A stretch of 64,000 nt of DNA from the human T2T-CHM13v2.0 reference genome, Homo sapiens. Below the pieces are notes generated by a model. It saw nothing but the letters and a program-made list of their open reading frames with translations, was not told where the DNA came from and ran no database searches. Below are positions 1 through 11,200 of the stretch, piece after piece; the stretch's first letter is position 1, and every line of letters begins with the position of its first letter. A program made the position numbers and the translations under genes. The DNA lies in NCBI RefSeq assembly GCF_009914755.1, contig NC_060935.1; one strand, 5' to 3'.

Positions 1-72
1 CCTTTAGATGGAGCAGTTTCCAAACCCACTTTCTGTAGAATCTGCAAGTGGATATTTGGACTTCTCTGAGGA

Positions 73-89
73 TTTCGTTGGAAACGGGA
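73..89 (+). promoter_or_regulatory. Canonical CENP-B box (TTTCGTTGGAAACGGGA) in the 168-bp monomer; recurs every ~850 bp
   Basis: Matches the 17-bp CENP-B box NTTCGNNNNANNCGGGN at all nine core positions. Confidence 0.95.
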
Positions 90-239
90 TAAACTTCCCA
101 GAACTACAGGGAAGCATTGTGAGAAACTTCTTTGTGATGTTTGCATTCAACTCACAGAGTTGAACCTTGCTTTCATAGTTCAGCTTTCAAACACTCTTTT
201 TGTAGAATCTGCAAGTGGATATTTAGACCACTTTGTGGC

Positions 240-256
240 CTTCCTTCGAAACGGGT
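240..256 (+). promoter_or_regulatory. Degenerate CENP-B box (CTTCCTTCGAAACGGGT; TTCG>TTCC) present in every HOR inspected
   Basis: Sits at the box position of its monomer and matches 8 of 9 core bases; the G of the first CpG is replaced by C. Confidence 0.85.
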
Positions 257-410
257 ATATCTTCACATCAAACCTAGACAGAAGCATTCTCAGAATGTTT
301 CCTGTGAAGACTGCATTCAACTCACAGAGATGAACAATCCTGTTGATGGAGCACTTTGGAAACTCTCTTTCTTGGGATTCTGCAAGTTGATATGTGGACC
401 TCTGTGAAGA

Positions 411-427
411 TTTCGTTGGAAACGGGT
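411..427 (+). promoter_or_regulatory. Second canonical CENP-B box (TTTCGTTGGAAACGGGT); recurs every ~850 bp
   Basis: Matches all nine core positions. It lies 338 bp after box 1 and 512 bp before the next box 1. Confidence 0.95.
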
Positions 428-3400
428 TCATCTTCACAGAAAAACTAAACAGAAGCATTCTCAAAAACTACTTTGTGATGTTTGTGTTCCACTTCAAGAA
501 TTGAACTTTCCTCTTGACAGAGCAGCTCTGAAAACCTCTTTTTCTAGAATCTGCAAGTGGACATTTGGAGGGCTTTGAGGCCTGTGGTGGAAAAGGAAAA
601 TCTTCACATAAAAACTAGATGGAAGCATTCTCAGAAACTACTTTGAGATGATTGCATTCGACTCACAGAGTTGAACATTCCTATAGATAGAGCAGGTTGT
701 AAACAATCTTTTTCTAGAATCTGCGATTGGAGATTTGGACTGCTTTGAGGCCTACTGTAGTAAAGGAAATAACTTCATCTAAAAACCAAACGGAAGCATT
801 CACAGACAATTCTTAGTGATCATTGGATTGAACTAACACAGCTGAACATTCCTTTAGATGGAGCAGTTTCCAAACACACTTTCTGTAGAATCTGCAAGTG
901 GATATTTGGACCACTCTGAGGATTTCGTTGGAAACGGGATAAACTTCCCAGAACTACACGGAAGCATTCTGAGAAACTTCTTTGTGATGTTTGCATTCAA
1001 CTCACAGAGTTGAACCTTGCTTTCATAGTTCAGCTTTCAAACACTCTTTTTGTAGAATCTGCAAGTGGATATTTGGACCACTTTGTGGCCTTCCTTCGAA
1101 ACGGGTATATCTTCACATCAAACCTAGACAGAAGCATTCTCAGAATGTTTCCTGTGATGACTGCATTCAACTCACAGAGGTGAACAATCCTGCTGATGGA
1201 GCAGTTTTGAAACTCTCTTTCTTTGGATTCTGCAAGTGGATATGTGGACCTCTGTGAAGATTTCGTTGGAAACGGGTTCATCTTCACAGAAAAACTAAAC
1301 AGAAGCATTCTCAGAAACTGCTTTGTGATGTTTGTGTTCCACTTCAGGAATTGAACTTTCCTCTTGACAGAGCAGCTCTGAAACCCTCTTATTCTATAAT
1401 CTGCAAGTGGACATTTGGAGTGCTTTGAGGCCTGTGGTGGAAAAGGAAAATCTTCACATAAAAACTAGATGGAAGCATTCTCAGAAACTACTTTGTGATG
1501 ATTGCATTCGACTCACAGAGTTGAACATTCCTATAGATAGAGCAGGTTGTAAACAATCTTTTTGTAGAAAATGCGATTGGAGATTTGGACTGCTTTGAGG
1601 CCTACTGTAGTAAAGGAAATAACTTCATCTAAAAACCAAACGGAAGCATTCACAGACAATTCTTAGTGATCATTGGATTGAACTAACAGAGCTGAACATT
1701 CCTTTAGATGGCGCAGTTTCCAAACCCACTTTCTGTAGAATCTGCAAGTGGATATTTGGACTTCTCTGAGGATTTCGTTGGAAACGGGATAAACTTCCCA
1801 GAACTACACGGAAGCATTGTGAGAAACTTCTTTGTGATGTTTGCATTCAACTCACAGAGTTGAACCTTGCTTTCATAGTTCAGCTTTCAAACACTCTTTT
1901 TGTAGAATCTGCAAGTGGATATTTGGACCACTTTGTGGCCTTCCTTCGAAACGGGTATATCTTCACATCAAACCTAGACAGAAGCATTCTCAGAATGTTT
2001 CCTGTGATGACTGCATTCAACTCACAGAGGTGAACAATCCTGCTGATGGAGCAGTTTTGAAACTCTCTTTCTTTGGATTCTACAAGTGGATATGTGGACC
2101 TCTGTGAAGATTTCGTTGGAAACGGGTTCATCTTCACAGAAAAACTAAACAGAAGCATTCTCAGAAACTGCTTTGTGATGTTTGTGTTCCACTTCAGGAA
2201 TTGAACTTTCCTCTTGACAGAGCAGCTCTGAAACCCTCTTATTCTAGAATCTGCAAGTGGACATTTGGAGGGCTTTGAGGCCTGTGGTGGAAAAGGAAAA
2301 TCTTCACATAAAAACTAGATGGAAGCATTCTCAGAAACTACTTTGTGATGATGGCTTTCGACTCACAGAGTTGAACATTCCTATAGATAGAGCAGGTTGT
2401 AAACAATCTTTTTGTAGAATCTGCGATTGGAGATTTGGACTGCTTTGAGGCCTATTGTAGTAAAGGAAATAACTTCATCTAAAAACCAAACGGAAGCATT
2501 CACAGACAATACTTAGTGATCATTGGATTGAACTAACAGAGCTGAACATTCCTGTAGATGGAGCAGTTTCCAAACACACTTTCTGTAGAATCTGCAAGTG
2601 GATATTTGGACTTCTCTGAGGATTTCGTTGGAAACGGGATAAAATTCCCAGAACTACACGGAAGCATTCTGAGAAACTTCTTTGTAATGTTTGCATTCAA
2701 CTCACAGAGTTGAACCTTGCTTTCATAGTTCAGCTTTCAAACACTCTTTTTGTACAATCTGCAAGTGGATATTTGGACCACTTTGTGGCCTTCCTTCGAA
2801 ACGGGTATATCTTCATATCAAACCTAGACAGAAGCATTCTCAGAATGTTTCCTGTCATGACTGCATTCAACTCACAGAGGTGAACAATCCTGCTGATGGA
2901 GCAGTTTTGAAACTCTCTTTCTTTGGATTCTGCAAGTGGATATGTGGACCTCTGTGAAGATTTCGTTGGAAACGGGTTCATCTTCACAGAAAAACTAAAC
3001 AGGAGCATTCTCAGAAAGTGCTTTGTGATGTTTGTGTTCCACTTCAGGAATTGAACTTTCCTCTTGACAGAGCAGCTCTGAAACCCTCTTTTTCTAGAAT
3101 CTGCAAGTGGACATTTGGAGGGCTTTGAGGCCTGTGGTGGAAAAGGAAAATCTTCACATAAAAACTAGATGGAAGCATTCTCAGAAACTACTTTGTGATG
3201 ATTGCATTCGACTCACAGAGTTGAACATTCCTATAGATAGAGCAGGTTGTAAACAATCTTTTTGTAGAATATGCGATTGGAGATTTGGACTGCTTTGAGG
3301 CCTACTGTAGTAAAGGAAATAACTTCATCTAAAAACCAAACGGAAGCATTCACAGACAATTCTTAGTGATCATTGGATTGAACTAACAGAGCTGAACATT

Positions 3401-5219
3401 CCTTTAGATGGCGCAGTTTCCGAACACACTTTCTGTAGAATCTGCAAGTGGATATTTGGACTTCTCTGAGGATTTCGTTGGAAACGGGATAAACTTCCCA
3501 GAACTACACGGAAGCATTGTGAGAAACTTCTTTGTGATGTTTGCATTCAACTCACAGAGTTGAACCTTGCTTTCATAGTTCAGCTTTCAAACACTCTTTT
3601 TGTAGAATCTGCAAGTGGATATTTGGACCACTTTTTGGGCTTCCTTCGAAACGGGTATATCTTCACATCAAACCTAGACAGAAACATTCTCAGAATGTTT
3701 CCTGTGATGACTGCATTCAACTCACAGAGGTGAACAATCCTGCTGATGGAGCAGTTTTGAAACTCTCTTTCTTTGGATTCTGCAAGTGGATATGTGGACC
3801 TCTGTGAAGATTTCGTTGGAAACGGGTTCATCTTCACAGAAAAACTAAACAGGAGCATTCTCAGAAACTGCTTTGTGATGTTTGTGTTCCACTTCAAGAA
3901 TTGAACTTTCCTCTTGACAGAGCAGCTCTGAAACCCTATTTCTCTAGAATATGCAAGTGGACATTTGGAGGGTTTGAGGCCTGTGGTGGAAAAGGAAAAT
4001 CTTCACATAAAAACTAGATGGAAGCATTCTCAGAAACTACTTTGTGATGATTGCATTCGACGCACAGAGTTGAACATTCCTATAGATAGAGCAGGTTGTA
4101 AACAATCTTTTTGTAGAATCTGCGATTGGAGATTTGGACTGCTTTGAGGCCTACTGTAGTAAAGGAAATAACTTCATCTAAAAACCAAACGGAAGCATTC
4201 ACAGACAATTCTTAGTGATCATTGGATTGAACTAACAGAGCTGAACATTCCTTTAGATGGAGCAGTTTCCAAACCCACTTTCTGTAGAATCTTCAAGTGG
4301 ATATTTGGACTTCTCTGAGGATTTCGTTGGAAACGGGATAAACTTCCCAGAACTACACGGAAGCATTGTGAGAAACTTCTTTGTGATGTTTGCATTCAAC
4401 TCACAGAGTTGAACCTTGCTTTCATAGTTCAGCTTTCAAACACTCTTTTTGTAGAATCTGCAAGTGGATATTTGGACCACTTTGTGGCCTTCCTTCGAAA
4501 CGGGTATATCTTCCCATCAAACCTAGACAGAAGCATTCTCAGAATGTTTCCTGTGATGACTGCATTCAACTCACAGAGGTGAACAATCCTGTTGATGGAG
4601 CAGTTTTGAAACTCTCTTTCTTTGGATTCTGCAAGTGGATATGTGGACCTCTGTGAAGATTTCGTTGGAAACGGGTTCATCTTCACAGAAAAACTAAACA
4701 GAAGCATTCTCTGAAACTACTTTGTGATGTTTGTGTTCCACTTCTAGAATTGAACTTTCCTCTTGACAGAGCAGCTCTGAAACCCTCTTTTTCTAGAATC
4801 TGCAAGTGGACATTTGGAGGGCTTTGAGGCCTGTGGTGGAAAAGGAAAATCTTCACATAAAAACTAGATGGAAGCATTCTCAGAAACTACTTTGTGATGA
4901 TTGCATTCGACTCACAGAGTTGAACATTCCTATAGATAGAGCAGGTTGTAAACAATCTTTTTGTAGAATCTGCGATTGGAGATTTGGACTGCTTTGAGGC
5001 CTACTGTAGTAAAGGAAATAACTTCATCTAAAAACCAAACGGAAGCATTCACAGACAATTCTTAGTGATCATTGCATTGAACTAACAGAGCTGAATATTC
5101 CTTTAGATGGCGCAGTTTCCAAACACACTTTCTGTAGAATCTGCAAGTGGATATTTGGACCTCTCTGAGGATTTCGTTGGAAACGGGATAAACTTCCCAG
5201 AACTACACGGAAGCATGCT

Positions 5220-8200
5220 GAGAAACTTCTTTGTGATGTTTGCATTCAACTCACAGAGTTGAACCTTGCTTTCATAGTTCAGCTTTCAAACACTCTTTTT
5301 GTAGAATCTGCAAGTGGATATTTGGACCACTTTGTGGCCTTCCTTCGAAACGGGTATATCTTCACATCAAACCTAGACAGAAGCATTCTCAGAATGTTTC
5401 CTGTGATGACTGCATTCAACTCACAGAGGTGAACAATCCTGCTGATGGAGCAATTTTGAAACTCTCTTTCTTTGGATTCTGCAAGTGGATATGTGGACCT
5501 CTGTGAAGATTTCGTTGGAAACGGGTTCATCTTCACAGAAAAACTAAACAGAAGCATTCTCAGAAACTGCTTTGTGATGTTTGTGTTCCACTTCAGGAAT
5601 TGAACTTTCCTCTTGACAGAGCAGCTCTGAAACCCTCTTATTCTAGAATCTGCAAGTGGACATTTGGAGGGCTTTGAGGCCTGTGGTGGAAAAGGAAAAT
5701 CTTCACATAAAAACTAGATGGAAGCATTCTCAGAAACTACTTTGTGATGATTGCATTCGACTCACAGAGTTGAACATTCCTATAGATAGAGCAGGTTGTA
5801 AACAATCTTTTTGTAGAATCTGCGATTGGAGATTTGGACTGCTTTGAGGCCTACTGTAGTAAAGGAAATAACTTCATCTAAAAACCAAACGGAAGCATTC
5901 ACAGACAATTCTTAGTGATCATTGCATTGAACTAACAGAGCTGAACATTCCTTTAGATGGCGCAGTTTCCAAACACACTTTCTGTAGAATCTGCAAGTGG
6001 ATATTTGGACTTCTCTGAGGATTTCGTTGGAAACGGGATAAACTTCCCAGAACTACACGGAAGCATTGTGAGAAACTTCTTTGTGATGTTTGCATTCAAC
6101 TCACAGAGTTGAAACTTGCTTTCATAGTTCAGCTTTCAAACACTCTTTTTGTAGAATCTGCAAGTGGATATTTGGACCACTTTGTGGCCTTCCTTCGAAA
6201 CGGGTATATCTTCACATCAAACCTAGACATAAGCATTCTCAGAATGTTTCCTGTGAAGACTGCATTCAACTCACAGAGATGAACAATCCTGTTGATGGAG
6301 CACTTTGGAAACTCTCTTTCTTTGGATTCTGCAAGTTGATATGTGGACCTCTGTGAAGATTTCGTTGGAAACGGGTTCATCTTCACAGAAAAACTAAACA
6401 GAAGCATTCTCAAAAACTACTTTGTGATGTTTGTGTTCCACTTCAAGAATTGAACTTTCCTCTTGACAGAGCAGTTCTGAAAACCTCTTTTTCTAGAATC
6501 TGCAAGTGGACATTTGGAGGGCTTTGAGGCCTGTGGTGGAAAAGGAAAATCTTCACATAAAAACTAGATGGAAGCATTCTCAGAAACTACTTTGTGATGA
6601 TTGCATTCGACTCACAGAGTTGAACATTCCTATAGATAGAGCAGGTTGTAAACAATCTTTTTGTAGAATCTGCGATTGGAGATTCGGACTGCTTTGAGGC
6701 CTACTGTAGTAAAGGAAATAACTTCATCTAAAAACCAAACGGAAGCATTCACAGACAATTCTTAGTGATCATTGCATTGAACTAACAGAGCTGAACATTC
6801 CTTTACATGGCGCAGTTTCCAAACACACTTTCTGTAGAATCTGCAAGTGGATATTTGGACCTCTCTGAGGATTTCGTTGGAAACGGGATAAACTTCCCAG
6901 AACTACACGGAAGCATGCTGAGAAACTTCTTTGTGATGTTTGCATTCAACTCACAGAGTTGAACCTTGCTTTCATAGTTCAGCTTTCAAACACTTTTTTT
7001 GTAGAATCTGCAAGTGGATATTTGGACCACTTTGTGGCCTTCCTTCGAAACGGGTATATCTTCACATCAAACCTAGACAGAAGCATTCTCAGAATGTTTC
7101 CTGTGATGACTGCATTCAACTCACAGAGGTGAACAATCCTGCTGATGGAGGAGTTTTGAAACTCTCTTTCTTTGGATTCTGCAAGTGGATATGTGGACCT
7201 CTGTGAAGATTTCGTTGGAAACGGGTTCATCTTCACAGAAAAACTAAACAGAAGCATTCTCAGAAACTGCTTTGTGATGTTTGTGTTCCACTTCAGGAAT
7301 TGAACTTTCCTCTTGACAGAGCAGCTCTGAAACCCTCTTATTCTAGAATCTGCAAGTGGACATTTGGAGGGCTTTGAGGCCTGTGGTGGAAAAGGAAAAT
7401 CTTCACATAAAAACTAGATGGAAGCATTCTCAGAAACTACTTTGTGATGATTGCATTCGACTCACAGAGTTGAACATTCCTATAGATAGAGCAGGTTGTA
7501 AACAATCTTTTTCTAGAATCTGCTATTGGAGATTTGGACTGCTTTGAGGCCTACTGTAGTAAAGGAAATAACTTCATCTAAAAACCAAACGGAAGCATTC
7601 ACAGACAATTCTCAGTGATCATTGGATTGAACTAACAGAGCTGAACATTCCTTTAGATGGAGCAGTTTCCAAACAAACTTTCTGTAGAATCTGCAAGTGG
7701 ATATTTGGACTTCTCTGAGAATTTCGTTGGAAAAGGGATAAACTTCCCAGAACTACACGGATGCATTGTGAGAAACTTCTTTGTGATGTTTGCATTCAAC
7801 TCACAGAGTTGAACCTTGCTTTCATAGTTCAGCTTTCAAACACTCTTTTTGTAGAATCTGCAAGTGGATATTTGGACCACTTTGTGGCCTTCCTTCGAAA
7901 CGGGTATATCTTCACATCAAACCTAGACAGAAGCATTCTCAGAATGTTTCCTGTGATGACTGCATTCAACTCACAGAGGTGAACAATCCTGCTGATGGAG
8001 CAGTTTTGAAACTCTCTTTCTTTGGATTCTGCATGTGGATATGTTGACCTCTGTGAAGATTTCGTTGGAAACGGGTTCATCTTCACAGAAAAACTAAACA
8101 GGAGCATTCTCAGAAACTGCTTTGTGATGTTTGTGTTCCACTTCAAGAATTGAACTTTCCTCTTGACAGAGCAGCTCTGAAACCCTCTTTTTCTAGAATC

Positions 8201-11200
8201 TGCAAGTGGACATTTGGAAGGATTTGAGGCCTGTGGTGGAAAAGGAAAATCTTCACATAAAAACTAGATGGAAGCATTCTCAGAAACTACTTTGTGATGA
8301 TTGCATTCGACGCACAGAGTTGAACATTCCTATAGAGAGAGCAGGTTGTAAACAATCTTTTTGTAGAATCTGCGATTGGAGATTTGGACTGCTTTGAGGC
8401 TTACTGTAGTAAAGGAAATAACTTCATCTAAAAACCAAACGGAAGCATTCACAGACAATTCTTAGTGATCATTGGATTGAGCTAACAGAGCTGAACATTC
8501 CTTTAGATGGAGCAGTTTCCAAACCCACTTTCTGTAGAATCTGCAAGTGGATATTTGTACTTCTCTGAGGATTTCGTTGGAAACGGGATAAACTTCCCAG
8601 AACTACACGGAAGAATTGTGAGAAACTTCTTTGTGATGTTTGCATTCAACTCACAGAGTTGAACCTTGCTTTCATAGTTCAGCTTTCAAACACTCTTTTT
8701 GTAGAATCTGCAAGTGGATATTTGGACCACTTTGTGGCCTTCCTTCGAAACGGGTATATCTTCACATCAAACCTAGACAGAAGCATTCTCAGAATGTTTC
8801 CTGTGATGACTGCATTCAACTCACAGAGGTGAACAATCCTGCTGATGGAGCAATTTTGAAACTCTCTTTCTTTGGATTCTGCAAGTGGATATGTGGACCT
8901 CTGTGAAGATTTCGTTGGAAACGGGTTCATCTTCACAGAAAAACTAAACAGAAGCATTCTCAGAAACTGCTTTGTGATGTTTGTGTTCCACTTCATGAAT
9001 TGAACTTTCCTCTTGACAGAGCAGCTCTGAAACCCTCTTATTCTAGAATCTGCAAGTGGACATTTGGAGGGCTTTGAGGCCTGTGGTGGAAAAGGAAAAT
9101 CTTCACATAAAAACTAGATGGAAGCATTCTCAGAAACTACTTTGTGATGATTGCATTCGACTCACAGAGTTGAACATTCCTATAGATAGAGCAGGTTGTA
9201 AACAATCTTTTTGTAGAATCTGCGATTGGAGATTTGGACTGCTTTGAGGCCTACTGTAGTAAAGGAAATAACTTCATCTAAAAACCAAACGGAAGCATTC
9301 ACAGACAATTCTTAGTGATCATTGCATTGAACTAACAGAGCTGAACATTCCTTTAGATGGCGCAGTTTCCAAACACACTTTCCGTAGAATCTGCAAGTGG
9401 ATATTTGGACTTCTCGGAGGATTTCGTTGGAAACGGGATAAACTTCCCAGAACTACACGGAAGCATTGTGAGAAACTTCTTTGTGATGTTTGCATTCAAC
9501 TCACAGAGTTGAAATTGCTTTCATAGTTCAGCTTTCAAACACTCTTTTTGTAGAATCTGCAAGTGGATATTTGGACCACTTTGTGGCCTTCCTTCGAAAC
9601 GGGTATATCTTCACATCAAACCTAGACATAAGCATTCTCAGAATGTTTCCTGTGAAGACTGCATTCAACTCACAGAGATGAACAATCCTGTTGATGGAGC
9701 ACTTTGGAAACTCTCTTTCTTTGGATTCTGCAAGTTGATATGTGGACCTCTGTGAAGATTTCGTTGGAAACGGGTTCATCTTCACAGAAAAACTAAACAG
9801 AAGCATTCTCAAAAACTACTTTGTGATGTTTGTGTTCCACTTCAAGAATTGAACTTTCCTCTTGACAGAGCAGTTCTGAAAACCTCTTTTTCTAGAATCT
9901 GCAAGTGGACATTTGGAGGGCTTTGAGGCCTGTGGTGGAAAAGGAAAATCTTCACATAAAAACTAGATGGAAGCATTCTCAGAAACTACTTTGTGATGAT
10001 TGCATTCGACTCACAGAGTTGAACATTCCTATAGATAGAGCAGGTTGTAAACAATCTTTTTGTAGAATCTGCGATTGGAGATTCGGACTGCTTTGAGGCC
10101 TACTGTAGTAAAGGAAATAACTTCATCTAAAAACCAAACGGAAGCATTCACAGACAATTCTTAGTGATCATTGCATTGAACTAACAGAGCTGAACATTCC
10201 TTTACATGGCGCAGTTTCCAAACACACTTTCTGTAGAATCTGCAAGTGGATATTTGGACCTCTCTGAGGATTTCGTTGGAAACGGGATAAACTTCCCAGA
10301 ACTACACGGAAGCATGCTGAGAAACTTCTTTGTGATGTTTGCATTCAACTCACAGAGTTGAACCTTGCTTTCATAGTTCAGCTTTCAAACACTTTTTTTG
10401 TAGAATCTGCAAGTGGATATTTGGACCACTTTGTGGCCTTCCTTCGAAACGGGTATATCTTCACATCAAACCTAGACAGAAGCATTCTCAGAATGTTTCC
10501 TGTGATGACTGCATTCAACTCACAGAGGTGAACAATCCTGCTGATGGAGGAGTTTTGAAACTCTCTTTCTTTGGATTCTGCAAGTGGATATGTGGACCTC
10601 TGTGAAGATTTCGTTGGAAACGGGTTCATCTTCACAGAAAAACTAAACAGAAGCATTCTCAGAAACTGCTTTGTGATGTTTGTGTTCCACTTCAGGAATT
10701 GAACTTTCCTCTTGACAGAGCAGCTCTGAAACCCTCTTATTCTAGAATCTGCAAGTGGACATTTGGTGGGCTTTGAGGCCTGTGGTGGAAAAGGAAAATC
10801 TTCACATAAAAACTAGATGGAAGCATTCTCAGAAACTACTTTGTGATGATTGCATTCGACTCACAGAGTTGAACATTCCTATAGATAGAGCAGGTTGTAA
10901 ACAATCTTTTTCTAGAATCTGCTATTGGAGATTTGGACTGCTTTGAGGCCTACTGTAGTAAAGGAAATAACTTCATCTAAAAACCAAACGGAAGCATTCA
11001 CAGACAATTCTCAGTGATCATTGGATTGAACTAACAGAGCTGAACATTCCTTTAGATGGAGCAGTTTCCAAACAAACTTTCTGTAGAATCTGCAAGTGGA
11101 TATTTGGACTTCTCTGAGAATTTCGTTGGAAAAGGGATAAACTTCCCAGAACTACACGGATGCATTGTGAGAAACTTCTTTGTGATGTTTGCATTCAACT

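Larger units (their letters stand above)
115..964 (+). repeat. Representative first complete HOR unit: five monomers 115-284 (170 bp), 285-455 (171), 456-625 (170), 626-796 (171), 797-964 (168); tentatively W2-W3-W4-W5-W1
   Basis: Monomer starts (gaag|catt) at 115, 285, 456, 626, 797 and 965; lengths sum to 850. Monomers within a unit are clearly diverged from each other, while equivalent monomers 850 bp apart are nearly identical. W-class labels are from memory of SF3 monomers and are tentative. Confidence 0.92.

Noticed and set aside
245-250. Short palindromes (TTCGAA, TCTAGA, AGGCCT, CTATAG, TGATCA) as cruciform or regulatory signals
   Set aside because: 6-bp palindromes are expected by chance and are simply amplified with the HOR. 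I found no long inverted repeat by eye; a folding computation would be needed to claim non-B DNA.
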